Of a stretch of DNA of 32,063 nt, positions 1-11,324 are shown piece by piece; positions within the stretch are counted from its first letter, which is position 1, and every line of letters starts with the position of its first letter. The notes under the pieces were generated by a model that saw only the letters and a program-made list of their open reading frames with translations, was not told the DNA's origin and did not search any database. The position numbers and the translations under genes were made by a program. Source of the stretch: Ginglymostoma cirratum (taxonomy: Eukaryota); NCBI GenBank assembly GCA_024137785.1, contig JAHRHZ010000075.1, forward strand, positions 4,857,005 to 4,889,067, read 5' to 3'.

Positions 1-879
1 ACCCCCCCTCTCTCACTCTGTTTCTCTCACAGCCTCACTCTGTTTCTCTGTCTAATAACATGTGGTATGTAGTTGTTAGTCTTGGACTTTAGAACTATAT
101 CAGATATTTCTTCCATATGATTTTGAGGTGAATAGGCAGGGTGCATTGTTGTGCAATGAAGGCTGGAAAATGGGATCACATTGGCCAACTTGTTGGGTCC
201 CAAATATGAATTTAGTTATGCTCTCTTGGAACATGGTAAAGCCTGTAAGAAATAACTGTAAGTAACTTACATTGAGTAAAATACATTGGGTAAAGAAATG
301 ACAAACAGTTAAATATATTTTCTGTGTGTTGACCACCCTAATCTTTGGAAAAAGCTATGTTAGCAGAAAAAAGGCACAATTTTGGAACATGTAAATCTCT
401 GGCTAAGTTTTGACATTGCAGATCTGTGTGCTTTCGTAAAGTTAAAAAGTATTTTTAAAAATAATTTCCTCCTATTTAAAAGTCACTTAATATCTCGGCA
501 TGCACATTACAGATTTGAATATGACTGTCAGTTGTCCTATCTTTATACTTTGTTTACTTCCAGTAATGTGGTAAGTTGTGTGACCAATGAATTGCTGCAA
601 ATGACAGAAATCAAATAATATTTCATAGTTAATGTACAATGCATAGGCAAATTCTTAATGAATTTAGAGAGAGGCCTTCATATTTCATATAAACTATTTA
701 TGATCAGTCATAGTTCAGGGATTCCAAACACCCCATAATGTAACGATGTGTTATTTATATATATGTATGTGATGTTACAGATAAGTACCGTTAGCGATAA
801 AATTTGTAGGACAAGGGGTTCTAATCACACCATCTGTCTTTACTTGGATCCATTTAAAATCAAGACCTTCTCTATTCTT

Positions 880-1040
880 AAAAAAACTGTGGATGCTGTA
901 AATCGGGAACGAAAAGAGAATTTGCTGGCAAAGCTCAGCAGGTCCGAGGAAGGATCACCAGACCCAAAACATTAACTCTGATGTTTTTTCTTCACAGATG
1001 CTGCCAGACCTCCTGAGCTTTTCCAGCAACTTCTGTTTTT
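880..1040. mobile_element. Short Penelope-like (PLE) pseudo-LTR insertion with inverted arms and a decayed hammerhead motif
   Basis: 13-bp direct repeat cttctctattctt at 867-879 and 1041-1053 (TSD). Inverted repeat 911-944 versus 1007-1040 matches at 29/34. 944-973 (ccgagga aggatcaccagaccc aaaac att) resembles CTGANGA-stem-CGAAACGT. The family assignment is inferred. Confidence 0.7.
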
Positions 1041-2184
1041 CTTCTCTATTCTTTCCACAATTGAGTCTCATCTATTTAGCAACATTCATGCTTGTGCAAA
1101 ACAGAATGACTACATAGTTCTGGATGTGTGAAAAACTTAGGATAGAGCAAAAGGGGAAGTGGCTGCAAAGAAAACTATAATGGGCTGTGAAATATGGGAG
1201 ACTTATTTGTGAAGAAAAGTTGAAATGTCTAATTACACTGGGAAAGGAAATGGAAAGGCTGGAAATAACAACGATATATTATTTGTTCCAAGAATTTTCA
1301 GGGCTTGTCCCGTTTAAAGTCTTAGCCCTTTAATTGTTTGTCCAGAAGAAAAGTATTAAAATATTTTTTGTTTTTGTGAACTGTTTCAGATTGTCAATTT
1401 CTATCAACAAAAGAAAATTATTTTTAATTTAACATCTTCAAAAAAGTGCATTGCATTGAAACTGACGTAAACGGTGTCTAAGAATTAATTATGACTTGTT
1501 AATGTGGCTTTGATTAAATAAGGCACAAATTCATCTGCAGTAAATTTCTGAGCATAGTCATACAGTATTCAGTAGTCCATCGACATCGACCTCACAGTCA
1601 GTAATTGACATTAATTTTGGAACTGGCATTGCATTTTACATTAGCATGATTTTGAAACTATAATGTTCCCTTTTTAATGTTCATGAGCTACGAGTCTCCA
1701 CATTGCTGCTTATACAGTTAGCTAACACATGCAGCTTCTCTGCCAAAACAGAACTGGCAAGCATCAGGTGTTGTCTCCGAGACATTTGGTTCTGATTGTG
1801 CCAATGTCTTACCTGTGCATAAGATTTTGTGTTTATCTTCTGGATCTTTGTCATTATTACTTATTTTCCTTTCTATTTTTGGTTACATTTGAGAGGCTCT
1901 TGAAATTGAATTTGCTTTGTGCTTTGTGCTTTGTATTAAAAAAAAAACTTTATATTTTTGAGCCAAGAATCAAATGACAACCTCTCCAATCTACTAATGA
2001 GATGTCACCATCTGCAACATGTCTCTTTACAGTTGTTTGGATCAGGGAATGAGTAAAAGATGAAATTACTGCTTTTGGCCACTGGAATGGCATTTTCGGA
2101 ATGGATCGTCAGTGTTTTAACAGTTTCTTGAGCAACTGATGCCCAGAGGAAGAGAATAAAACCAATCCTCTTTTGCTCCCACAG

Positions 2185-2322
2185 ATCGCACTGAGAAGCA
2201 GTCCACGATGCCAGACTCTCCGGCAGATGTCAAAACACAATCCAGGTTGACACCACCAACAATGCCACCTCCTCCAACCAATCAAGGAGCACCTCGAACT
2301 AGCTCATTCACGCCAACGACAT
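2185..2322 (+). CDS. RUNX1T1: RUNX1T1 (ETO/MTG8) internal coding exon, 138 nt, equivalent to mammalian exon 2; encodes (D)[45 protein letters not shown]
   Basis: Acceptor ctcttttgctcccacag ends at 2184; donor gtaatt at 2323; phase 1 at both ends. The peptide closely matches human RUNX1T1 [46 protein letters not shown] as I recall it, and fits better than the paralogues CBFA2T2/CBFA2T3. Confidence 0.95.
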
Positions 2323-3112
2323 GTAATTTAAAATTATTGTCATTTAATTTCACTTTCTACATGTTCAACTATTCCAGTATTTATTATTGCTATTCCATTT
2401 GTCACTTTGCCAGAAATGTCAGAAAATGTTGTATGTCTTGAGAAGGGGTTGGAAATGAAGGTCAGAAAGAAACTACCTGGTAGTGTTACAATACAGGTCA
2501 TGAGGTACACAAGCTGTAAGGTACATAGAGGCTGCTGCATCGTTAAGTAGCATTTCTTAGGCTTCCGGTATAGTAATCTAAATTGAGTCTGAACAGCTCA
2601 AATTCTACTGAATTAACTTCTGTTCCATTTTGGGGGTTACATTTATTTATTTATTTCAATCCTTGTAATACTTTAACCCTGACGGTCTCACTGGAGCTCT
2701 TCTGGCAGGTGTTTAGATAAATATAACCTAGTACTTGGCCTAGTATTGGATCTGTACACCTGTTTTACTTTAGACTGACAATGCTATTTTCAGATGTTTC
2801 CATGCTGAATGTGTCCTCTCCTGCAAAAGCAAAGTAGAATTCAGCCTGTGCTCATTCAGTTGTGGGTAGCATATGTAAGAAGTAGAATTCTTGCTCTAGA
2901 ACCTTTTCCACGCTGTGCGCTTAGCTAGGACATGTTACAGAGCACACAGTTGCTGCTGACCTGTTTAACGTATGGCGGAAGAAATTTTCACTGTCATTGT
3001 TTGCAAGGTTGTTGCTTTTAAAGCACTTGGATCCGTTGTTGGTACTGAGTGAAGCAGCCTGTTTTTCAGTGGACACAGGTTTAATGTGTTGTTTCTTTTC
3101 CTCTTGTTACAG
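2323..3112 (+). other. RUNX1T1: RUNX1T1 intron (790 nt, GT-AG, phase 1)
   Basis: GT at 2323, AG at 3111-3112, between two in-frame exons; no transposon recognised in it. Confidence 0.92.
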
Positions 3113-3354
3113 TAACAAATGGTAGCAGTCACTCACCCACTACTTTGAATGGGGCACCGTCTCCTCCAAATGGCTTCAGTAATGGAACCTCTTCTTCTTC
3201 CTCTTCCTCACTGGCAAATCAGCAGTTGCCACCAGCCTGTGGTGCTCGACAGCTCAGCAAGCTGAAGAGATTTCTAACAACCTTGCAACAATTTGGCAAT
3301 GATATTTCACCGGAAATTGGGGAGAGAGTGCGAACCTTGGTGCTTGGGTTAGTG
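3113..3354 (+). CDS. RUNX1T1: RUNX1T1 coding exon, 242 nt; (L)[80 protein letters not shown], including the start of the TAFH/NHR1 domain
   Basis: Acceptor ttcttttcctcttgttacag ends at 3112; donor gtgagt at 3355; phase 1 in, phase 0 out. Joins the previous exon as t|ta (Leu). Contains the ETO-family TAFH motif [18 protein letters not shown]. Confidence 0.97.
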
Positions 3355-3480
3355 GTGAGTATCGAATACAAGCTCTGTGCTACACGCCTCAGTGTATATA
3401 GGTGTTTGCACATAAATCGTCTGTTTTCTATTTGCTGCATTTGCATCTAACTCTTGAAAAAGTGCCTTAATGTTTTCATT

Positions 3481-3511
<31 letters not shown>
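3481..3511. repeat. Compound microsatellite (TG)11 followed by about (GA)5
   Basis: Read directly from the sequence. Confidence 0.95.
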
Positions 3512-3880
3512 AAGAATCATTCCTGCATCAAAATCACAAGACTAGTTCTCCAATTTAGAATCGAAGTGGGTTCATTGGAAAGGAGACTGCATACCTCATG
3601 CTGCATATGTCACAACATAAGTTGTTTTATTTATAGACAGCACTGTACTGACTAGATTGAGCAACTAAAGGGCTAGACCTTCACCAGGCTTCCCATCCCT
3701 GTAGACGTTTGGAAATTTAGGGGTGGGGGAGGGTGATAGAACTTGGGTATGGAATTCCTGCTTCCATTTTTGACTCACCCAATTTTACATGAACTTAGCA
3801 GGGACGTTTCACCTTAGTGCTGAGATATTTCACCTCCAAACACAACCATTTGTGTTGTGTCAGGGATGGCTCGAACAGCA

Positions 3881-3966
3881 AAGAGTTTTCTCCCTGACTT
3901 CCATTGAGTTTTTATGGCTTCTTGATGCCATACTCAGTCAAATGCAGCCTTGATGTCAAGGGCCGC
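3881..3966 (-). mobile_element. Non-LTR retrotransposon (CR1/L2-group) reverse-transcriptase fragment
   Basis: Minus strand translates AALDIKAAFD*VWHQ, the conserved LD.kAFD.V.H RT motif, with an in-frame stop. Confidence 0.7.
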
Positions 3967-5352
3967 TGCTGTAGTTGGACTGTCCAAGGACTGTGACCTG
4001 CAGTGTGGGATTGCGAATTAGTAGAGTGGATAGAAACACACTTGAAGGACGGATAGTCTGTTTCAGTGTCATAATCTGAACTTTTCTAAAAAAAAAACAA
4101 ACCTTTCCTTTTACATTTAGACAAACACTACACTTAAGCTATCAGTGAGATCTTTCTGCTTGATTAATTGACGGGCTATCTGGTGTAGGCTGAAGAAAGA
4201 CTTGACCATCTGCCACAAAGTTTCAATTGGGAATTTGTTGGTGCTATCCAAGGGTTGTTATGTCAGCATGAATGCTTGGCTGGGTTTCAAATCTACACTT
4301 AAGTCCACTGTGGTAATTTTGATTTTGCAGTTTGATTAAAGCCTAGAGATTGTTGATAGATTAGCTGACTTTGATATACCTACTGAATAGAAGTGTATTT
4401 GTTTTCATATCAGGTTCATCACTTGAGATTTAAAAGCTTTGAATGGGTTTCATTAATGGAACTTTTGTTTTATAATTGTGAGTACATGAGTGAAAATTCT
4501 TAGATTGTTAGAAACTTGTTCCTTTTCATTTAGAGCTATCTCCTGAGGTCTGCCTATGTGGATGTTGAATGAATGCCTCTGAAGGTGGCATTAAAGGGTG
4601 TTGGGTGAAACATAAAATGTGTTGTTATGGGGATGACCTTGGTAGTTGAAGTAGGGGCGGGAATGTGACAGCCAGGGGGCCTAATACCTTGTAAAATAAT
4701 TGGACACTGTTCTCTTGAACCACAGTCTGTCTTCAAACCAGCATGCCTCACCATATGCCCATGTCCTAAGGTCTACCTCGGGGTTGATAGGCTCATTTTA
4801 CATCCTGTACCTGCCTCTCCAGATCAAAAATTGGATCTGATGGGGCACTTTAAGATATGGTGGGTATGAAAGTCTAACAGTTTCTTGATAATGTGTTCTC
4901 CACCTCTCCCTTCGTGTGGAAACCTAAGCCTAAAGTTCAAATAGCCTAAAGCTCTATCCATGTCTGAGTATTATTGATCGATTGACATTAAGTAACTAAT
5001 AGCATTGCATGATTATGTTATTTCCCACCTCCTGACTTTTCCCAAATCTGCCTTGTATTGGTAATGATAGGCTGAAATAGCTGGCATGGAATGGGTGATA
5101 ACAGACTTGTGACCTGTTTTGCACACAGCTAGAAAATGAAAATTGAACTGATACTTTTTGCTATCAGTTCTTGTCAAGATGACTTTGGCTTCCAGTGTTT
5201 GAAACTTGCATTTATTTTTGGACCATCCATTGGTAGTTTTGCAGAAGTACAATTAAGTAGTGATTTCTCACATCTGATATTAAGTGTTGTGCTTTTTGGC
5301 TGTTACAGCCATCAGAAATTATGCTGATCCCCATTGTCTCCTGACTGTTGGA

Positions 5353-5770
5353 CAAGAACATTAGCAGAGGTGATCGTACTTGCTAGGAGCAAAAGCAGTC
5401 CATTTGGCATGTCAAACCTGCTGTGCTATTCAATATGATTATGGCTGATCTGCTTGTTTTGAATTCCATGTTCTCATCTGTCCCCATCATCTGTTAGTGA
5501 CCAGCCTAGTAAATAAGGAGAAACTGCTCCAACTGGCAATTGGGTTAGCATGCCAGGACGTGAATTTCAAATAATTAGTGAAAGGACTAGAGGTGAGCTG
5601 AGTGGAATTATATTACAGCAAGTTCTTATGATTTTGACTATGCAACCTCTGTCAGAGAATTGAAAAAGGAAGAAAAAATGCATGATCGAAAGAGTGGAAC
5701 TAAACTGCTAACACTTTGCAGGAATAGGGTCGATGGGCCAAATGGCCCATAGCTTTATATAGTTTTATGA
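5353..5770. mobile_element. Two decayed CR1 3'-end fragments in opposite orientation (about 5353-5490 minus, 5500-5770 plus)
   Basis: CR1-type tail gatgggccaaatggcc...ttttatga on +. The minus piece (aaacctgctgtgctattcaatatgattatggctgatct) resembles the reverse complement of the tails near 14010-14070 and 17050-17140. Confidence 0.55.
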
Positions 5771-7364
5771 AATTATTTGCGGCAACCTGAAATTACCAGC
5801 TCATGTTTTTTTTTTCAATCTGGAGAGTTGGAAACCAAAATGATGTTCCTCTCTGCTCCTCTATTAATGATTAGTTCACTTGGTGCATATCACTAACACA
5901 CATCATCTACTATCCACTCAGCGATTGAGGCTAACTTTTCGTCATTTAATTTTTGGAAAGATGTTTTGTGAAGATTGATGTCTAAGAGCTGTGACATGTA
6001 GTTCATGGGTTAATGTGGTTAATGTGCTAATTGTATTTGAATGCAATGCTTTAATCTGAATCAATGGGTGGAATCTTCACAGGCCCTGAATCACATGGTC
6101 TATGCTGAGAAATCAAACATAGTCTTTCACGATGTCATGAACAACAAGTTGCAATTTTCCAATTAAGTTCCAGAGGTGGAGACAAGATTCTCACTAATGA
6201 GCAGCAAGAGGGATATTAATGGCAATTATTGCTCATTATCACCCTCATTATTACTTTATCTCGTCTCATTATTGTGCACTGTCCTCCTGCCCACCAGATA
6301 GAAACTAGAGAAATCTCGATATGAAAGTCCGGGAGTTTGTAGTCGCCTCTTGCTCCTCTAGACGTCCATTTTGGACAGCCAGTGCAAATGTTTCAATGTG
6401 GGCAGTGATTACCTGTACGCCACATCCATGGAGGTTGGCAGCTGACATGTGCCACTGTGGGCCATCTCCAATCATGCTTCCCTTTGGAGCACACTGGCAC
6501 CCCCTCATTTTGCATGTTGGCTCAGGCAAAGAGCTCATGAACTGGGCAGTAGGCTGTGCCTCAGGGCTGCTCACTTGCTTTCCTACCACTCACTCAGTTC
6601 GCATCTAACCACATGTTCACACCATCCTTGCCTCGCTTTGCCTTGCCTTTTAGCATTTTGCACCCTCGGTCACATTTTAAAGGTTCATTGTACTTCTGTC
6701 ATGCCTTGCAGAGATAAAACTAGGCAGCTTGTCCTGCTGGTCAGCGGTCAACTTGGTGCATATGTCACTATGGGCAATGTACTATATGAATCTCAGGTCT
6801 CCACCATGTGCCAACTCCTTACACACTGAAGGGGGGTATTCCTCAGTCAAGACATGAGTGATGTAACCTTCAGCCAGGGTGTGCCAGCGCAGTAAGTCAA
6901 GGGCAGCCTGCAGTGTCAGTCCATGTGCTTGGGCCCGATCTGTCAGGCAGTTGGGGTGGTGAAGAGGCCTGTACGTCTACAATGCGGGCCATGTGTCCTA
7001 GTTGGCCCAAAGAGTCCAGCACCACTAGCCTGAGCAGTCATAGAAAGACAGGGAGCAGTATGGATATTAATCATGGCCTGGTTACTAATTATTCAGGGCT
7101 ACCTGGCTATGTCACTTGAGGGTGTGGGCCAAAGGCAGTACTGATGGGCTATCCTCAGTAGGCCAAAGGTCATTGGGGTTGGGGGTTGTTGGGTCATTTC
7201 TGTGGGAGGAAGATTGGGAAACTCCGCTGTGGGGATTGGAGGCAGAACGTTCGGATGCAGAGCGAGTGACCACACTGAGGTGGCAGGGTGAGGGCAACCC
7301 AATATAAAAGTGTGGGAGATGATAAAGCTTGGGAGGGAAAAGGGTCAATCGGGAGTGGGTTTTA

Positions 7365-7558
7365 TTCAAAATAAATAGGACCCAGGCTTCACTAGGGGTG
7401 TTGGCAGCTGGATAGTGCACTAATAGATCCAACGTGGGCACTTGAACTGTCTGAAGCTAGGGGGTTAAGGTGGGCAGTTGAAGACTTGGGTTAGGTGGGC
7501 ACTTGAGGGGGGTGGTATCTGATCTCCCCTAAGGTAAGGTGTCTGTTGGCACTACCCT
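7365..7558 (+). repeat. 194-bp direct repeat, copy 1
   Basis: Aligns with 8242-8435 at equal length and roughly 90% identity by eye, e.g. shared gctggatagtgcactaatagatc and cgtgggcacttgaactgtctgaagctagggg. Confidence 0.93.
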
Positions 7559-8241
7559 CTCTTTGTGAGGAAGGGGCACCTGGAGTGAAGCCAAGATCCC
7601 TCGATTTCCCCCTGTCAGCTTGCTCCTTGTGCACAGAGTGCATTGGTAGGGTCTACTGGATACACCTGAGGTACTACACCTAGCTCTCCTTGGCAGCTGT
7701 CAAACTGATATGTAGGCAGCCAGAGGATGGCATACCAAAGGCAGCATAGTCCCGGTCGCGAAACCTGGTAGCCTTTGTATCAGGTTGCTTAGTGCCCGCT
7801 GCGTGCTGCTCCTGTATCTGCTTGTGCATTTGCACAATGTGTCTGACTGTTGATCCCACAAGATCATCTCCTGCCTGGGGCTAAGAAGGTGCCTGGCGTC
7901 TGGCAGATTGAATGATGTGCAAGTGGCTGTTAGTGCTGGTGCAGGTGGGAGATGGGTGCAGGGCTGTGTGGAACAAGTGAGTAGGCAGTGCAGAGGATGT
8001 GCACGGTTACTATTGTAGGGATGTTTAGGGTAGACAAGCCTGCGTGAAGACAGATGTTTCGTGCATTATGGAAGTGCTGAAGTATGAGCTCTGACAGAAT
8101 GTTGGTGCTGTAGGGGAGAGAGAGAAAGCAAGTGTTGTAGCTAGAAAACGGTGACACTTAACCTGAACAGAGCAGAGAAGGTTATTGCAGGACGAAGCTA
8201 GACCACTGCACTGACCTGGGTGACAACTTTGGACCAGGCTG

Positions 8242-8435
8242 TTCAAAATAAGTAGCACCCAGGCTTCGCTAGGGGGGTTGGCGGCTGGATAGTGCACTAA
8301 TAGATCTGACGTGGGCACTTGAACTGTCTGAAGCTAGGGGGATAAAGTGGGCAGTTGAAGACCTAGGTTAGGTGGGTACTTGAGGGAGGTGGTATCTGAT
8401 CTCTCCTAAGGTATGGTGTCAGTTGGCACTACCCT
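8242..8435 (+). repeat. 194-bp direct repeat, copy 2
   Basis: See copy 1 at 7365-7558. The near-identical N-termini of minus-strand ORFs 7112..7441 and 8025..8318 reflect this duplication. Confidence 0.93.
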
Positions 8436-9206
8436 GTCTCTCATTGGGGAACGGAGATGTCCCTCATCTGCACTGCCCCGTCTAGCACCAAATTCCTTTT
8501 CTCAACTATGTCTGTGGCAAATGTGCGAGGCAGCTTGGGATTGTCAGCGTTTGATCAGGTTTGCAATCGCTTTTTAAATACGGCACCGGCACTGGGCTGC
8601 CAGAATCTCCTGGGATGTTCTGGCAGTGGCGAATACTTCTGGGTACTGTGAGCAGGTAAATCGAGCTAGTATCTGACAGGAGGGCTGCCATAGGGGTATG
8701 GGAGGTAGTTAATGAGGTGAGTTTGGATTGTTGTATGAGGAAATTCGCTAGGCCCCATGTTTAAAAAAAAACCCTCTAAAACGCAACAACACATGACACT
8801 TTTGTCAAAATATAATGAGGTTCAGCCCAATATCTTTTATTTATAAAATGGTAGAACAGAGGGAAGTTTGAAATTTAGAATACGATCAGTGGGTGTATTT
8901 TCCAGATAATGTCTTACTGAGTCCCTCCTGCCAGGAGATAAGTTTTCTCCAACGCTGAATTAGTTGGTGCTGCTCACACAGGAATGGAGGTGCCTCATTG
9001 GTGGCCTTCCTGAGGGCGAGAAGGGGGACATGAGCCCAGTTACTCACTTCTGATGCACACAGAGACACACACACAAAATATGACTGAGATTTCCCTTTCT
9101 TAATCAATGGTAGGGAGGGCAGATAATCAGCTGGATATGGCGGAGAGACCTGTCAGCAATTAGGTTCCAGAAGGGAATGTCCACGGTTGTTGTTTTTGGA
9201 TCCACA

Positions 9207-9273
9207 CCATTTAAGGCCCTTAAATGGCAAATAACAGCTACCAGACTGATTTACCAGACTGATTTACCTGACT
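9207..9273. repeat. Perfect 10-bp-arm palindrome plus a 13-bp tandem duplication, probably inside a decayed non-autonomous DNA element
   Basis: ccatttaagg-c-ccttaaatgg at 9207-9227; taccagactgatt twice at 9239-9264, then a partial tacctgact. Confidence 0.8.
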
Positions 9274-9871
9274 TCCCGGCAGGCAAGAAGCAATTGATTT
9301 CCCTGTGACCCCACCCCCCTCCATGCAGCTGACAGCCCAGGTCTTTCACAAGGCTATGCAGGACCCAGTGGTTGCTGGCCTGTAGTAGCTAACAGCTTCA
9401 GGAGGGGCATGACTTCTCAACCATGGCATCGGCTTGAGAAGGCTCCAGGACAGCACATGAATGCCTATTTGGCACTCGAGCTTTGGTGCTGGTGGGGGTG
9501 GGTTGTGTCCCTTACCATTGCAGATACCCACACCCTCTCACACTTGGGCTAAGAATCTTCTGTGGGTGCAAAACCTGTATGATAGCTATTCTGTCGTAGG
9601 TCCACCATTGAATCATCTTGTCATATTCAGGCTCCCACTTGATACTAAAATTGATTTGGTCAAATTTCTGGAGGACTGGTAGAACTTTCGGGAAAAGGGT
9701 GAGGAAGGAAATTTGCAAAAGACAAACAATTTGCAATACGTTTAGTGTGTGCTTATTGAGAAGGAAGTTCATGAGAATCCATAGTTTTGAAAGTCTTTCA
9801 CTCTTATTATCCAGGGAGTGGCAATAGCTGGCATTTATTCTACATTTCAGGTCTGTGCTGCCTAAGTTTTT

Positions 9872-10056
9872 CATAAAACCATAGGATCCCTACGGTGTGG
9901 AAGAGGCCATTCGGCCCATCAGGTCCACACCACCCCTCTGAAGAGCATCCCACCTAGACCCACCCTACCCCTGAAACCTTGCATTTCTCATGGCTAATCC
10001 ACCTAATGTACACCTTTGGGCTGTAGGACGAACCTGGAGCACCTGGAGGAAAACAT
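9872..10056 (-). mobile_element. HE1/V-SINE-like element, 3' half
   Basis: Reverse complement matches the SINEs at 14074-14406 and 17749-18054 (ggtgctccaggtt, aggtggattagccatg, gatgggccgaatggcct, gtagggatcc tail). Confidence 0.85.
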
Positions 10057-11324
10057 GTTGCCCACACGGCTTGTGCACTCTGGCGACTGACTCAGCTACA
10101 GCTTTCCCCATAAACTGCTCCTTTCCATATTCCAGTTACATCCTCTTTTCAAAACAATAAGAACTAAAAGCACCAATTAGGGAGCAGGAGCAGCTCTTAA
10201 GAATCAATATTTCCAGAGCAGAAATTTCTTTTCTTGTTGGACTCAATTATTTCCGATTAATTCAACAAGTTTATTTCCATCGTAACTGGGATTAGGAGAC
10301 ACTGTTCTGGACCTTTAATTAAGGTACAAAAATACCATGTTTAGTGAGTGACAGGTGCATTGTTAATTTGAGTTTTCCTTGACTGCTATCTTTATGGTCA
10401 TTCGTGATCCACTAATGATACAGTATTTTGGATGGATTTCTTTTCTTCTCTGCAGTAAAATGAGGAGAGAGAAAAAGTCAAGACTTAATTTTCTGCCCTT
10501 TCTCCTGCCTTCATTTGTAACTTCCCAGGATTTCTTAGTATGGATTTATAGTGCTGGAAATCCACAACGGGTCAGTCAGCTGGGGATTTCTGGAGCATCT
10601 CCCCAAACTTCATACCTGGGTTTGGTCACGGAGCAATGGAATAGGTGTTCCCACTTCACCTTCTATTTGACACCTGATAACATCTGGGGCAAAGATCTAC
10701 CTTGGAGCTCCTGGGAATTGGACGCTCCTTAAATCTTTATCCCAAGGAGCGGAAGGGAGAACATCAACAGTCTAAACTCCTAGGATTTTTTTCCCTGGAA
10801 ACAAATCAGAAGGGCATACTGACATCAACCAGGAATCGACCAGTGTTCCAGTTTGTGTGTCTCATATGTTTTGATGGGTTTCCATTTGTCAGTTTGGTTA
10901 CAGAAGAATTAGTTGGTTGGAGATACATGGCAAAGAAAGAAATTACTAGTTGGCTTATAGGGCCCTAACAGTAGCTATACTAATGCTACTGTTCTTCCCA
11001 TTGACACCCCATTGTGATATTTGGAAGTTGCTGTGACCTAGACCCATAAGGGTGGGGGAGTAGATGAAAAGATATAGGATAGTTGGAATTTTGGAATTGG
11101 GAGCTGGTGGTGAGTGAGAGACCTCTAATGGCTAGGGGATAAGGGAGAGGGTGAGAGTACGGGTTGTGGGGCGAGCTGTTTACTTCAGAGTTTTTAAGTG
11201 AAAACTTTGGCCATTTCGGCTACGGAAATTTTTGGCGAAAAGGGAAGGATACAGATTTAGAGCAAGTATTTTGAATCAGTGTTCATGGTAGAACCTTAGA
11301 ACATTCCAAGTATAGTAGATCTCT

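Larger units (their letters stand above)
6066..8828 (-). mobile_element. Decayed PIF/Harbinger-like DNA transposon (probable Myb/SANT-ORF remnant)
   Basis: GC-richer block flanked by aat on both sides (6063-6065, 8829-8831; 3-bp TSD). Degenerate TIRs gggtggaatctt versus gggctgaacctc (8/12). Minus-strand remnant near 7770-7890, S*PQAGDDLVGSTVRHIVQMHKQIQEQH, resembles from memory the coiled-coil part of Harbinger Myb/SANT proteins. No DDE transposase recognised. Confidence 0.45.

Noticed and set aside
12-49. 16-bp direct repeat ctcactctgtttctct (12-27, 34-49)
   Set aside because: Part of a low-complexity CT tract at the window edge; ordinary slippage.
2139-2159. In-frame ATG upstream of the 2185 acceptor as an alternative start
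   Set aside because: Closed by TAA at 2157-2159 before it reaches the exon.
2208-2441. ORF-track proteins 2208..2441, 3145..3450 and 21588..21866 as standalone genes
   Set aside because: They are RUNX1T1 exons read through into introns; similarity stops at the GT/AG sites.
3070-3078. Possible 9-nt micro-exon (tttttcag|tggacacag|gt) or alternative acceptors upstream of the 3113 exon
   Set aside because: The downstream intron would be only 34 nt, too short for vertebrate splicing; used as alternative acceptors they add 43 or 34 nt and shift the frame.
3670-4930. Further MITE-like remnants (gggctagaccttcacc at about 3670; GC-richer patch at 4600-4930)
   Set aside because: I could not pair termini or find TSDs, so they are not supportable as features.
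6305-8691. Cluster of overlapping 60-126 aa ORFs on both strands
   Set aside because: No recognisable intact domain; expected from a GC-richer decayed transposon with fewer stop codons.
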